Made by a program: the position numbers and the translations under genes. DNA of 64,000 nucleotides, from contig NC_079239.1 of NCBI RefSeq assembly GCF_027921745.1, positions 3,286,001 to 3,350,000 on the forward strand, written 5' to 3'. Below are positions 1 to 14,404 of the stretch, one piece after another (positions within the stretch are counted from its first letter, which is position 1; every line of letters starts with the position of its first letter). This DNA comes from Schizosaccharomyces osmophilus (taxonomy: Eukaryota). Below the pieces are notes generated by a model. It was not told where the DNA came from. It was given only the letters and a program-made list of their open reading frames with translations, and searched no databases.

Positions 1-401
1 TTAATGAGCAAGAATTAGAATTATTAATTTCAGGTCTTCCTGAAATTGATAACGATGATTGGCGTAACAATACAGATTATCATGGTTATAGCGTTTCATC
101 TCCTCAAATTCAATGGTTCTGGCGAGCCGTTCGATCTTTCGATGAAGAGGAGCGAGCTAAACTTCTTCAATTTGCAACCGGTACGTCCAAGGTTCCTTTA
201 AATGGATTTAAAGAACTCGAAGGCATGTCTGGTTTCCAGAGATTCAATATTCATAAAAGTTATGGGTCGTTGAATCGCTTACCTCAGTCACATACATGCT
301 TTAACCAGCTTGATTTGCCCGAATATGAGACGTATGAGCAGTTAAGGACTATGTTGCTCACAGCCATCAATGAAGGCTCTGAAGGTTTTGGATTTGCTTA
401 G
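1..401 (+). CDS. ptr1: HECT E3 ubiquitin ligase (Tom1/HUWE1 family), 3' end only
   Basis: Frame from nt 3 reads [16 protein letters not shown]...[13 protein letters not shown]...[16 protein letters not shown]...EGFGFA, TAG at 399-401. This is the canonical HECT C-lobe with the catalytic Cys. Not in the ORF track. Confidence 0.9.
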   Translation, partial: NEQELELLISGLPEIDNDDWRNNTDYHGYSVSSPQIQWFWRAVRSFDEEERAKLLQFATGTSKVPLNGFKELEGMSGFQRFNIHKSYGSLNRLPQSHTCFNQLDLPEYETYEQLRTMLLTAINEGSEGFGFA

Positions 402-855
402 GGTGATGTTTTATGTATGTTCTGCTATAATGTTTTATCGATTCGTTTCTAGATCTGCTCTATGAAAAGAAAAATAAAAAAGAAAAGGTAAACTTTGAAA
501 GCTACTTCTTAGATGATAAATATTTTAAGTACTATAGAAAATTCATGAGTCATGAAAATAAAAATAAAGAGTAATAATTTTTTATTTTAAATATTTTGAA
601 GAAAATATGTTTAGCATTGTAAAGTGTTGCTAAAATGTAATTGAAACGAACGAGCACGGTGCTTTCTTTTACAATAAATAAATTACAGATTATATTATGA
701 ATTGTTATGTAAAATGAAGTTCAATAAACGGTATGCTTTTATTATAAAAATTCTACGTACGTTTCGTACTATATATCCAGTATTGTCCCCAAAATAAAAT
801 ACAATTTTTTTTCTGACAAGCAGAATGAAGTGGTAATTATGTCGACGTAGCCAAA

Positions 856-1497
856 TTAGAGTAAATCATAATCATCCAACTATTTAGGTTAGCAAACGAA
901 TTGAAACAAAAAATGACTGTACATACCTTATCATTATACTTGGCAACAGTGCGTTTAATTTTAGAGGTATCAGTCCATGTTACAAAGTCCTCCAAATTCC
1001 TTGTAACCAGATAGGCAGGGTCAGTAATGACATGTGGACCGACACGAACGTGGCCTTGCTCAATGAGTCTTGTAGCTACAGAGATAGTTTGAGACATTCT
1101 CAGTTTGCACATAATAACAGGTAACCGACGACGACATATAGCAGAAACATTGGCTCGATTTTCAATATCAGACATCTTCGACTTTGAAGGTAATATTCCC
1201 ATGTCAAAGAGCTTCTCCAACAGCATGTTTTCGTATTTTAAACGAAAAGGATCCGTCGGATCTAGTAAGGAGATACGATGAGCCAATTGACGAAATTTAC
1301 CACAAACAATGTTATATTTTTGGTATTCTTCTCTTTTGGGAATATGGTAGCGGCGCATAACCATCAAATCACGATGATTATTGTCATCCTGCTTGTAATT
1401 GAGAAAGTCGACCTTTTTCAGTAGTTTCTGCTCATCTAAAAGAAATTAGTAATTAAATATGTAATAAATTCCACATACGATGTTTAAGGATTCTCAT
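856..1497 (-). CDS. imp3: U3 snoRNP/Mpp10 complex protein Imp3 (S4 domain); exons 1497-1479, 1435-927, 879-856
   Basis: Spliced product [17 protein letters not shown]...ICRRRLPV...[10 protein letters not shown]...KYNDKLDDYDLL*. GTATGT donors at 1478 and 926, with branch points and TAG acceptors. Confidence 0.93.
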
Positions 1498-1601
1498 CTT
1501 TTATCAACCTGAGATAGAATAAAATTTGTGTGAGTTGGTTCTTAGTAGGATGTAGGGGCACACAGTCAATGTGGGCGACTTGCTTATTTCCCTACTTAAT
1601 C

Positions 1602-1967
1602 CTAAAGTTTCACAGGTAAAGGACGAGAACTAAATCTAATTCTTTCTTTAATAATAGAAACAATGTTCAATCCATGAGCGGGCGATTCATCGTCTCCAAC
1701 ACGCGATTTTTGTAAAACAGCTAAAGGCTTTTGCAAAGTTTCAACAACACCTTCCATGCATTGATTTCCTACGTAAATAGCAGCTTTTTTTTTATTGTTT
1801 TCCTAAATGATCAGTTAAGAGCCTGATAGAGTGAAAGTACTGGTCACTACCTTAACTATTTCAAGGGTTCCTATATCCAATGTTTCTGACATCTTTTCGA
1901 CCGTAGCTTGTAATTCAACTAAGTAAATTTGATCCCCAAATTTACGAGTAATTTGAACCATAGACAT
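1602..1967 (-). CDS. ctf8: Ctf18-RFC subunit Ctf8; exons 1967-1851, 1802-1602 (105 aa)
   Basis: Removing a 48-nt intron (1850-1803) gives MSMVQITRKFGDQIYLVELQATVE...IYVGNQCMEGVVETLQKPLAVLQK...IIKERIRFSSRPLPVKL*. The lvElQ, G..L.KPL.vL and F..RP.P motifs are typical of Ctf8. Confidence 0.85.
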
Positions 1968-2124
1968 GCTGGCTATTGTGGTTTCCTTCGACAACTCGCC
2001 TAGGTTGACCGGTGTGAAGTGTAGTAATACGTCTTGAGGATGTACGGGAAAGATCTCCAAAAAAATCGGGTGCTTGTAGTGAAGTCAGGAGGGAACTATG
2101 AGAAACAAAACAAAAAAATTAATT

Positions 2125-3267
2125 TTATGAATGGACACGCAATATCAACTTGCTGTTTGCCGAGTACTGTAGGGTGAATTTGGTGTTTGGAGGATGCTTT
2201 TGGACACACTTTTTCAACCAGTCAAGTTCTTGCTCAAGAACGACCAAAAGACGATTTGCGGTCCAGTCTTGTGGCTTGGCATATGGACGTAGAAGATTTG
2301 GGATTTGGCGTGTGGGCAGCTCTTTGATTTCCACAAGAACTCCATCGTCATTTCGGAACCCAATAACGATTGTGCCAATCCCCAAAAGGTAGCTTTGAGC
2401 CCAAAATTTGAGGAGCTTCCTACGCATTCCAACATGCTCAAGCGGCTGCTTTTTTGAAGTTTTCAGTTCGCAATAGTGGGGAGAAGGATTTTCGAGAGTT
2501 GGTGATGGGTCAGTAGAATCGTGGACATCATCCACTTTTCTTCGTTTGGATGCGGGGAGAGGTTCTTCATTTTGACCTTCTGTTTCGTTCGACGCTGGAT
2601 CATTGGTAACTTTACCATCCAGGTCGGAATCTGGTGTTACGCCTGGCTTTGCGTCCCAGACGCAATCGATTTCTCCAGCAAGGATTAACCGAGTGCGACC
2701 TATGTGGTATTTTACAATGGAACAGTATTGTTCATCTGGAATTACAAGCTGATTGTCTCTGTCCTCGATGTCGGATCGAGAACACGCATCCCATATAGTG
2801 GGTAATGTAGAAATAGCCTCGAATTTGTAGCCCCAATAGCACATTCTGTCTTGATTTTCGTAAGTTGTTTCAGATGACTCTCCTTCTTCCATAAAAATTG
2901 TACCACTCTCGGCATCCATCCGTAGCTTCAATTCCCACTGACTTTTGGGGTACAGTGGTGCACACATAATTTTAGTGATGAGGCCTCTCCAGCTAAATAG
3001 CTCTGCTTTTGCATCGACATGTTTTTGATCTAAAACACCTTTTGCCGCGGAAATGGGATGTGCACCTGCTTTCGGCGGATGATATTTGTCAGGATACCCA
3101 CTGTTTAAATCGCTGTGAGGCAAAGGCGGATAGTAATATCTGAGTTGACGATCGTCTAAATGAAAGGAGCAATCTTCCGTCATACTATAGCTTGCAATTT
3201 CAAGAGGCTCCGACACGGACGGCGTGCTGGAAGGACGCACCTGATAAAAGGCAAATTCGTAATGCAT
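2125..3267 (-). CDS. din1: Rai1/DXO-family decapping nuclease, Dhp1 (Rat1) partner
   Basis: Motifs SWRG, CYWGYKFE, AGEIDC, ELKT and KFWAQSYL; first ATG at 3267. Confidence 0.92.
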   Translation of the reverse strand: MHYEFAFYQVRPSSTPSVSEPLEIASYSMTEDCSFHLDDRQLRYYYPPLPHSDLNSGYPDKYHPPKAGAHPISAAKGVLDQKHVDAKAELFSWRGLITKIMCAPLYPKSQWELKLRMDAESGTIFMEEGESSETTYENQDRMCYWGYKFEAISTLPTIWDACSRSDIEDRDNQLVIPDEQYCSIVKYHIGRTRLILAGEIDCVWDAKPGVTPDSDLDGKVTNDPASNETEGQNEEPLPASKRRKVDDVHDSTDPSPTLENPSPHYCELKTSKKQPLEHVGMRRKLLKFWAQSYLLGIGTIVIGFRNDDGVLVEIKELPTRQIPNLLRPYAKPQDWTANRLLVVLEQELDWLKKCVQKHPPNTKFTLQYSANSKLILRVHS

Positions 3268-4382
3268 TGAACCCAAGGATATAGAAAGAATTCAATCTCC
3301 AAAAATTAGAAAAGGGTAAAAACAAAAAAAAAAGGATCCTAATGGGGCAGACTGAGCAAAACCATACAACTTTGGAACGGGAACCAAGAAAAGCCGAATT
3401 CCAAAAAACAAAAAACAAAAACAAACAAATTTTCCTTCTTAAGATAAAATGAATTAAAAACTCTATGGAAAGACGAAATCGTAACGACAGCCGTTCTTCT
3501 GTTCCTTTGGTGTTTGTTTATGTACCCAGAGGAAGAAAAGCCAAATACGGACGTCGTCCGACATCCTTATGTTGATTAACGGAATGCGGCAGTATAGTCA
3601 ATCTCGTATTGCAAAACATCAGTGGTTGCGTTGTGATTTTTTACGGATGCATCGCTTCTTTTCACAAACATTTTAAACCATTTTAAAGATCTTCTATTAA
3701 TCTCTATAAAGAAGTAAAATATTCCTTCGTTGGTAAACAACATTGTAAAGAAAGAAGAAAGGATATTTCGTTGATTAGATAGATTGGTTTGCAATAGATG
3801 AGATATAAGAAACCATTGTATTGATTTTTGATCAATAGAAGGGGCCTACTTACAAGACTTCATTAGAAACCGTAGGAACCATTATTCACCAGGGCAGAAC
3901 GATTCGGTAAGTATGAACGAAGTTTTTCTTTTGCTTTTACTATCCTTGTTTAAGTTTCAGTTTTGTTTCTTTTTCAACTTTTAATTTTGCCCTTTATTCT
4001 TTCTCGCCGTCGTTTTCTCTCCTACTGATGGCTGCACAAATCTCAAGTCAATTTTTATCTATGATGGGTAAATCATAACCTTACAGCGTCCGATATTTAG
4101 AGAATCAAGATTGGAAACTGTCCACGATGGAATTGTAATCAGCTAAGCAATGCCGCTTGAAAACGGTATATATAATGGTAAATGCTGCATACTGAAATGC
4201 GTGTTTTTCAACTCTGTCGTTCGTTCGAGGCAATAAGGTAATCAAAAAGTAGATCTTCTATTTTTATAAATCTCCTTTTCAATACTTTTTCTCTGATTTT
4301 TAAGAGTCCAATAGGACGTTTGTTCTTTAGCTTCTTCTTGTTTTTAAGGACTTTCCTATAATACCTTTTCTTTTTGATCAGT

Positions 4383-5807
4383 ATGACTGTTACTCCCGTT
4401 GCAAAAAGTGGCCCTGCCTATTTTCCTAATGAGCCCAAAGGTCCCTCTGTGAAAACCAGTACTATTCCTGGCCCCAAGGGAAAAGCTACCATCGAAGAAA
4501 TCAGTCAGGTTCACGATGTGGGTGCTGTCAAATTCCCTGTCGACTACGAAAAATCAGTCGGTAACTACCTTGTAGACGTTGACGGAAATGTTCTTTTGGA
4601 CGTCTATTCCCAAATTGCTACCATTCCCGTTGGTTACAACAATCCTACTCTTCTCGAAGCTGCCAAGTCTGACGAAGCCGCCATTGCTATGATGAACCGC
4701 CCTGCTCTCGGAAATTATCCTCCCAAGAACTGGGCCGGTATGGCACAAGAAGGCGCCATTGACTTCGCTCCCAAAGGTCAAAAATATGTCTACTACCAAA
4801 TGAGTGGCAGTGATGCCAATGAAGTCGCTTACAAGTTAGCCATGCTTTACCGCTTCAACAATTTGCCCAGAGCTAACGGTGCCTATACCGAAGAAGAAAA
4901 CACTAGCTGTATGAATAACTCTTCACCAGGAAGCCCTGAAATCGCTGTTCTTTCTTTCCGTCATTCTTTCCATGGCCGTCTTTTTGGTTCTCTTTCCACA
5001 ACTCGCTCCAAGCCTGTCCATAAGCTTGGTATGCCTGCTTTCCAATGGCCTCAAGCTGACTTCCCTGCATTGAGATACCCTCTCGAAAAACACACAACTG
5101 AAAACCAAGATGAAGAAAACCGTTGCATTGAAGAAGTTGAACACATTTTAAGTACCCATCATTGTCCCATCGCCGCTTGTATCATTGAGCCTATCCAATC
5201 CGAAGGTGGTGATAACCACGCGTCCAATGAATTTTTCCATAAGCTTCAAGCAACCTTAAAGAAGCACAACGTTCTCTTCATTGTCGACGAGGTCCAAACT
5301 GGAATGGGCTCTACTGGCGCTATGTGGGCTCATGAACATTGGAACTTGCCAACTCCTCCTGATATGGTTACTTTCTCTAAAAAATTCCAAGCTGCCGGTG
5401 TTTATTACCATGACAAGAAACTCCGTCCTCATGCTTATCAACACTTTAACACCTGGATGGGAGACCCTCTCCGTGCTATCCACGCTAAATATATTGCCAA
5501 AGAAATTCGTAACAAGAATCTTCTTGATAATGTCAAAACTGTGGGTGACTTTTTATACATGTCTCTTGAAAAATTGGCTGAAAAACACTCTGGAAAGATT
5601 AATAACATTCGTGGTAAAGGAAAGGGTACTTTTATCGCATGGGACTGTGAATCTTCTGCTGCCCGTGATGCATTCGTAGGTCGTATGAAGATGAATGGTA
5701 TCAACATCGGAGGCTGTGGTGTTGCAGCAATCCGTCTTCGCCCTATGCTTGTTTTCCAGCAACATCACGCTGAAATTCTTTTAAACAAAATTGATGAACT
5801 AATCTAA
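4383..5807 (+). CDS. uga1: 4-aminobutyrate (GABA) aminotransferase, class III PLP enzyme
   Basis: LDVYSQIATIPVGYN, SFHGR, IEPIQSEGGD, IVDEVQTG and TFSKK (PLP lysine); first ATG at 4383. Confidence 0.95.
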   Translation: MTVTPVAKSGPAYFPNEPKGPSVKTSTIPGPKGKATIEEISQVHDVGAVKFPVDYEKSVGNYLVDVDGNVLLDVYSQIATIPVGYNNPTLLEAAKSDEAAIAMMNRPALGNYPPKNWAGMAQEGAIDFAPKGQKYVYYQMSGSDANEVAYKLAMLYRFNNLPRANGAYTEEENTSCMNNSSPGSPEIAVLSFRHSFHGRLFGSLSTTRSKPVHKLGMPAFQWPQADFPALRYPLEKHTTENQDEENRCIEEVEHILSTHHCPIAACIIEPIQSEGGDNHASNEFFHKLQATLKKHNVLFIVDEVQTGMGSTGAMWAHEHWNLPTPPDMVTFSKKFQAAGVYYHDKKLRPHAYQHFNTWMGDPLRAIHAKYIAKEIRNKNLLDNVKTVGDFLYMSLEKLAEKHSGKINNIRGKGKGTFIAWDCESSAARDAFVGRMKMNGINIGGCGVAAIRLRPMLVFQQHHAEILLNKIDELI

Positions 5808-6269
5808 AGGGTCACCTTGATCTCCTATTTATGGTAATGCACACATACACATTAGGAGGGTTCCTTGTCTTCTACAAGATTTACTGCAGTCAGTCCCAAA
5901 CAAAAACTAACGCATATCAAATGGTTTCTTTTCTTTCTTTTATAATAATGTATTTGTTCATAGTCACTACTCATCATTGATTTTGAATGAATTATTAATC
6001 GTTCATGCTTGCTCAAGCTCATCGTAAACTTGTCGTTCCAAGTAAAAGGCAAATTATAAATTAGAGTAAGCCGTTAATCGTCATGTCAATATATAAAAAG
6101 TAATTAATGATATTATCTTCGTATTGATAATGTTGAAAGAGAATAGAAAACCGCTAGCTGTCACTTGGCTTCATCAAAGTATATACAGAATAATATCAGA
6201 ATTAAGACACGCAAAAAAAATCGCTTCATGAAGAAATAAGTAAAAAAAAACGATTTTTAAAAGCAAGCA

Positions 6270-7061
6270 TTATTTCTTGGAAGAGGAAGAGAAAAAAAAC
6301 CCAAATGTTCTGCGAAGCCATTGACCAAAATGAAATCCTTTCTCTTGAATCTTCATAAATCCCAAGAAATGGCGGACAAAAATCCACATCCCACCACTAA
6401 GAAAAGGGAACAGGATTTGATCACGAACAGTAATCCAGCAGATAAGAGGAATCGAGCCATTTGCTTGTTCAAGTGACTTCAAGTAAGAATTTTGAAAACG
6501 AAGGTCAGGGACGGCGGGAACATCATATTCCAATGCTTCGCTTTCATATGTGCCGGAAGAGCTTGGTGACATAAATGCTTTCCCTTTATGAGGCTCAACA
6601 GCTGCAAGAGCAGGTTCAGTTGGAGCTTCAGAATAGTCAGATTCCCATATACTTTCATCTTCTTCGTTTTCAACTTCTTCTTTACTCTCTATATCTTCCT
6701 CTTCTCTCTCCTCCTCATAAGCATCATCGCTGGAATCAGGAATAGACTTGGTAACCTCTTCAGAGTCGTCTTTCTCTAATGGTGCTTGACTCAATTCCTG
6801 TGTCTCGGGAATTCCTTCTCCAATTTCAAATTCCCTCAACTTTGTGTTGACCATAATCGTTGACGAGCTTAGAGACTCTATCCTTAACGGAGAAGAAGTG
6901 CGGTTCGAGTCCACAGGAATGGATCTCGAAAATGAACTGTTCAGGGCATCTTGACTAGAATTTAAACTAACAAGCTCATAATCTTCGTCCCAAGTTCCAC
7001 TAGCATTAGGCTTGTGTGATTGTTCGCCGAATGTTTCAAACTTCTTCTTATCCAAAGGCAT
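6270..7061 (-). CDS. atg43: Mitophagy receptor Atg43 (DUF1770 family, SPAC14C4.01c-like)
   Basis: C-terminal DUF1770-like block LRFQNSYL...WITVRDQILFPFLSG followed by a hydrophobic anchor. Acidic N-terminal half with an AIM-like YELV at residues 28-31 counted from ATG 7061, with an in-frame TAG just upstream. Confidence 0.75.
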   Translation of the reverse strand: MPLDKKKFETFGEQSHKPNASGTWDEDYELVSLNSSQDALNSSFSRSIPVDSNRTSSPLRIESLSSSTIMVNTKLREFEIGEGIPETQELSQAPLEKDDSEEVTKSIPDSSDDAYEEEREEEDIESKEEVENEEDESIWESDYSEAPTEPALAAVEPHKGKAFMSPSSSGTYESEALEYDVPAVPDLRFQNSYLKSLEQANGSIPLICWITVRDQILFPFLSGGMWIFVRHFLGFMKIQEKGFHFGQWLRRTFGFFFSSSSKK

Positions 7062-7530
7062 CAAATGCAACGAGTTGGCGATATGCTGCTAATTAACTTT
7101 AGAAACTTGGCAAAGCACTTAAGTGCTTTAACAAAAGAATTTCCTACTCAAGTTTTTTGGGACTTTATCCTCCTTTCAAACCGACAGTTTGCTAATGGTG
7201 AAATACGTCTGTGGGTATTACGGGAGTCTGCTGTTGTAACCTACATACTAGACAGAAAACTCCAAACTTTTTTTGTTTATTTCAAACAACTGTAGTTTTC
7301 TTTTTCTATTTGATAATTTTAATTAAATTTGCATACATTTCATTTGAGAAGTTGATTTCCAACAGTATATAATAACATGTAAGATATCATCATCTATTGA
7401 TTAGTAACTCTTTAATAATAAATGCAAACCAGGATGTAAATATTTAATAGAAAAGGTATGAAATAGATTCCAAAAAAACCCATATAATGTACAGTGTCTC
7501 TTAGTGAAATGCCAGTCTCCATTGATGACT

Positions 7531-10882
<3,352 letters not shown>

Positions 10883-10947
10883 CGTGTAATAAACCCAAGT
10901 TGGCCTAAATACAAGTTGTAATGAGCAAGTTCTGAACCTCCAAGAAA

Positions 10948-11239
10948 ATGTCGGAAGACTTGACCTCCTCAAAGGAGAAACAAATTCTACAAAAGCAAGT
11001 TTTGGATGAATATACTAAATTAGCTAGGAATATGGATTCTGTAAGTTTGTAGAAGAGGGTGACTTTGTGCTAACTTGTAGCTTGCAAAATTGTTGCATGA
11101 GATGGTGTGTAGTCCATCAAACAATATCCTTGACTCTTTAAGAGAACTGGAAAAGGAGATCGGTTTGGTACATACGTTATTTAAAGCAAGTGTTTGGGCT
11201 ATATTGGCAGACTTGGAAACGCAAGAAACAAAAACTTAA
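10948..11239 (+). CDS. dad3: DASH/Dam1 complex subunit Dad3; exons 10948-11040, 11081-11239 (83 aa)
   Basis: 40-nt intron GTAAGT...GCTAAC...TAG. Product ...QKQVLDEYTKLARNMDSLAKLL...ILDSLRELEKEIGLVHTLFKASVWAIL... matches the Dad3 pattern. Not in the ORF track. Confidence 0.88.
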
Positions 11240-11785
11240 GGATGGTCGATTTGTCTTTGAAAGTTAATTTCATATTTCCTTTTCATTTATAGAATGGTAT
11301 TCTCTACACCGGTTTACTTAAAATCTAAGGAGGGACGAACATATTGCCCAGGAGTCACCTTCGCAAAAGAAATGTTTGTGTGTACACTCTCATGGATCCT
11401 TTACGAATTAACCTTCTAATTAGGATCTTTTTTTAGATGACGAAAAAAAAAAAAAAAAAAGATTGACCTTCTTGTTGGTTTGCATAGAATGTCAAGTTTC
11501 CGAAAAGCTATTACCTTCGATCGGATTTCCTCTTTTGGCCTTCCGAGTGGTTCTTGGGTGAAAAATTTATCTTTAAATCTTTCAAGGATTATTAGGATAC
11601 ATGAAAGGGAACAGATTTTGACGCACGTTAGCTTTGAGAACCATTGAAACAAAAGCTCTCTATTTTTTGAGATCACGAGTTCTATTTACGGTTTGTGCTT
11701 CTTGCTACATTATTGAAAATATTGAAATTCATAAGCTGCTATAACTTTTTTTTTAATTTCTTCTTTCTGTGAATAAATAAAGAAT

Positions 11786-11814
11786 ACGCGTATTGTCACC
11801 CCATTTGGTAAATA
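11786..11814 (+). promoter_or_regulatory. MCB (ACGCGT, 11786-11791) and forkhead/FLEX-core (GTAAATA, 11808-11814) motifs upstream of mek1
   Basis: Exact motif matches about 80-110 bp before the mek1 ATG, consistent with an early meiotic gene. Confidence 0.5.
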
Positions 11815-11892
11815 AATTGTTACTTCTGTAGACAATGATGGATGCGCGTGTATGTATTTTAGCAATTACCAAGTGTGTCAAATTCTTAGAAA

Positions 11893-13294
11893 ATGGAATT
11901 TTTGTCGCGTGCTATACTGACTCGGTCAGAGTCGACTCAAATCCTCTGTGAAATGAGCCAAATTGATGAAAGTACGCTTGACATTCAACAAACTGAAGAC
12001 GGCGTCTTGGGTCGGTTATTTGTTTTCTCATCCACATCTCCTCAAACAGGTAAGTATTTTTAAGTAGGAATTGCTTCTAACTCTTTTTAGCTATCAGTAT
12101 TAAAAAGTACGAAGACGTGACTGTAGGACGTGGAAACGCCAATACATATCAACTGATTCAATCCACAGCAAGTTATAGACATTTTAGAGTTTATTCTGTC
12201 CTTGTAGACGATGACATGGATCCGTTAGTATACTGCCAAGATCTAAGCTCAAATGGCACGTTTTTGAACCACTGTCTCATCGGTAAAGGAAATGTAGTAC
12301 TGTTGTCTGACGGTGATATTTTAGACGTCCGTCATTGCGCTTCTTTCTTATATCAACAGAAAAATATAACAGATGATGATTATCATCATGAGTATGATGG
12401 TGAAGAATTCAGTATTACCCATCGCTTACTCGGTACGGGTGGTTTTTCGCGTATCTATATGGCAATTGAAAATAAAACTGGGAGACAATACGCTTGCAAA
12501 ATTATTGAGAAGAGAAAGGTCTCTTCTAGTCGCTTTTATGACGATCATGAAGTGTCTATTCTAAAAAAGCTAAATCATCCCAACATCGTTCATGTGGCTA
12601 TGGACTACAATTCTGAAAGCCAATTGTATGATAGAATTTTCGTCCTATTATGCTAACTTTTTCTAGTTTTATTTTCGAGGAACTGGTTACAGGCGGCGAT
12701 TTGTTTAGCTACCTAACCAAGATGGGAACAGTCCCTGAAGTGACATGTTTGTTTATTATGTATCAATTGCTACAAGCATTAGGTTATCTGCATTCTCAAA
12801 ACATTGCGCATCGTGACTTAAAGTTGGAAAATATTTTAATTGTCTCTTCAAGCGACAGTGTGTTTCGGATTATTTTGACTGACTTTGGTGTTGCTAGATG
12901 TATGGAAAATGGAAAACGAATGTCGACGTTTGTTGGCACCATGGAGTATACGGCTCCAGAAGTAAGAGATTTGAAAGGTCGCAGTAGGCGTTGCAAAGAA
13001 TTGAATATGGGATATGGCAAAGAGGTTGACATATGGAGCTTAGGAATCATCATGTATCTACTTCTTTCAGGGAACTCTCCTGTGTTTTCCACAGATGGAA
13101 ACATAGTATTTGAAGACGCGATCTGGAAAACCATCTCGAGGCAAGCTAAAGATTTGATATCTTCTTTTCTACAAAAAATACCAACGGAGCGCCCAACAGT
13201 CGAGGAAGCATTGCAACACCCTTGGTTTTTTCGACATAAATCTCGGTTGGATAAGTTGTATAGAACTCGAATTCTTAAACGGCCTTCATTATGA
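11893..13294 (+). CDS. mek1: Meiotic FHA-domain checkpoint kinase Mek1; exons 11893-12049, 12091-12625, 12667-13294
   Basis: FHA domain (VGR...S..HF...DLSSNGTFLN) plus kinase motifs (LGTGGFS, ACK, HRDLKLEN, DFG, APE); two 41-nt introns join the ORF pieces in frame. Confidence 0.92.
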
Positions 13295-13562
13295 ACCATT
13301 CAAACATTTCCACGATGAAACTAGAAAGTGGAAGAGAATAAGGATATCCATGTTAAACTTCATACCACTTGCTAATTGTCTTGTATACTTTAAACTTCAA
13401 ACTTTAAAGAACTAACTATGTTTTTGAAGCAGAACTAAATAAAATGGAATTTATCGACATATAAAAGGAGTCAGTGATTACCAAATTTATCATTCAGCTC
13501 TTTGTTTTGGTTTGAGCTTCGAAATTAGTGTATGAGAATGAAAATTCACAAAAATTGTAACA

Positions 13563-13633
13563 CTCTCCCTCCGGGATTCGAACCCGGGCTGCCAGCGTGA
13601 CAGGCTGGTGTACTACCCCTATACTAAGGAAGA
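13563..13633 (-). tRNA. tRNA-Asp(GTC)
   Basis: Reverse complement TCTTCCTTAGTATAGGGGTAGTACACCAGCCTGTCACGCTGGCAGCCCGGGTTCGAATCCCGGAGGGAGAG: 7-bp acceptor stem, CCAGC/GCTGG anticodon stem with GTC, and GGTTCGAATCC T-loop. Confidence 0.96.
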
Positions 13634-14404
13634 TTCTTAGTTTAACAGTTAAAAAATGATATATAGAATGTAATAGACCAAAATGTATTAGCTTTTTGGA
13701 CTTGAATACAAAGCTATATGAAAGCAAGGCAGAGGATACATTATTGAATAGAATACTGATATTTAATATTTTGTTTTGGCTAAACTGAAGCAAAGGAAAC
13801 CTTGAGTCGAGTCTAGGATGAAGGGTGCCAAAAAATGAAATCCCTACTCATATTCGCGTTCATGGTTCTCTTATTTTTTTATCTTAATATTTCCAAAAAT
13901 CCCTGTTACTTAAGTATGTCGTTTTTTGTTTTCGTACCAGTTATTCAAAATCATACACCTTCTATTTATAGTTCAACTTACTTCAACAACATCGTTCCTA
14001 ACTACCGGAATGAATAGTTATGAGCTCTAAAAAATTCTTTTCTATTTCAGTAAAACATAACTACCATGCATTCATCTGTATCATTAATTTTTAATTTTTG
14101 GTAATATGCTGCATTATTTCTATTTATTTATTACCGTAGACAGATGCGTTTCGTTAAAGCTTAAAGCCACCTTCCACAGACGGATATAGGCCTCCTCTAC
14201 AGCCGACAAATATTCTTCCCTTTGCCAACAGGAAAAGCTCATACATTATTGAATTCCGGTTTGTTCAATTGTTCTTTCTGAAGGAATTTGTGAAAATAGT
14301 ACACATAAAAAAAAATATTCCACTATCCCACCGTTTGCTGAAGAACGATTTTAATAGCTTAGTATCGAAGTGTTATTGTTCAGCTGCTTTTCCAGGAATT
14401 GAAG

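Noticed and set aside
7090..7343. Upstream coding exons for atg43
   Set aside because: The joins I tried from the candidate donors hit stop codons; at most a 5' UTR intron.
12796..13299. 167-aa antisense ORF over the mek1 kinase domain
   Set aside because: No recognisable motif; best explained as a shadow ORF, although antisense RNA cannot be excluded.
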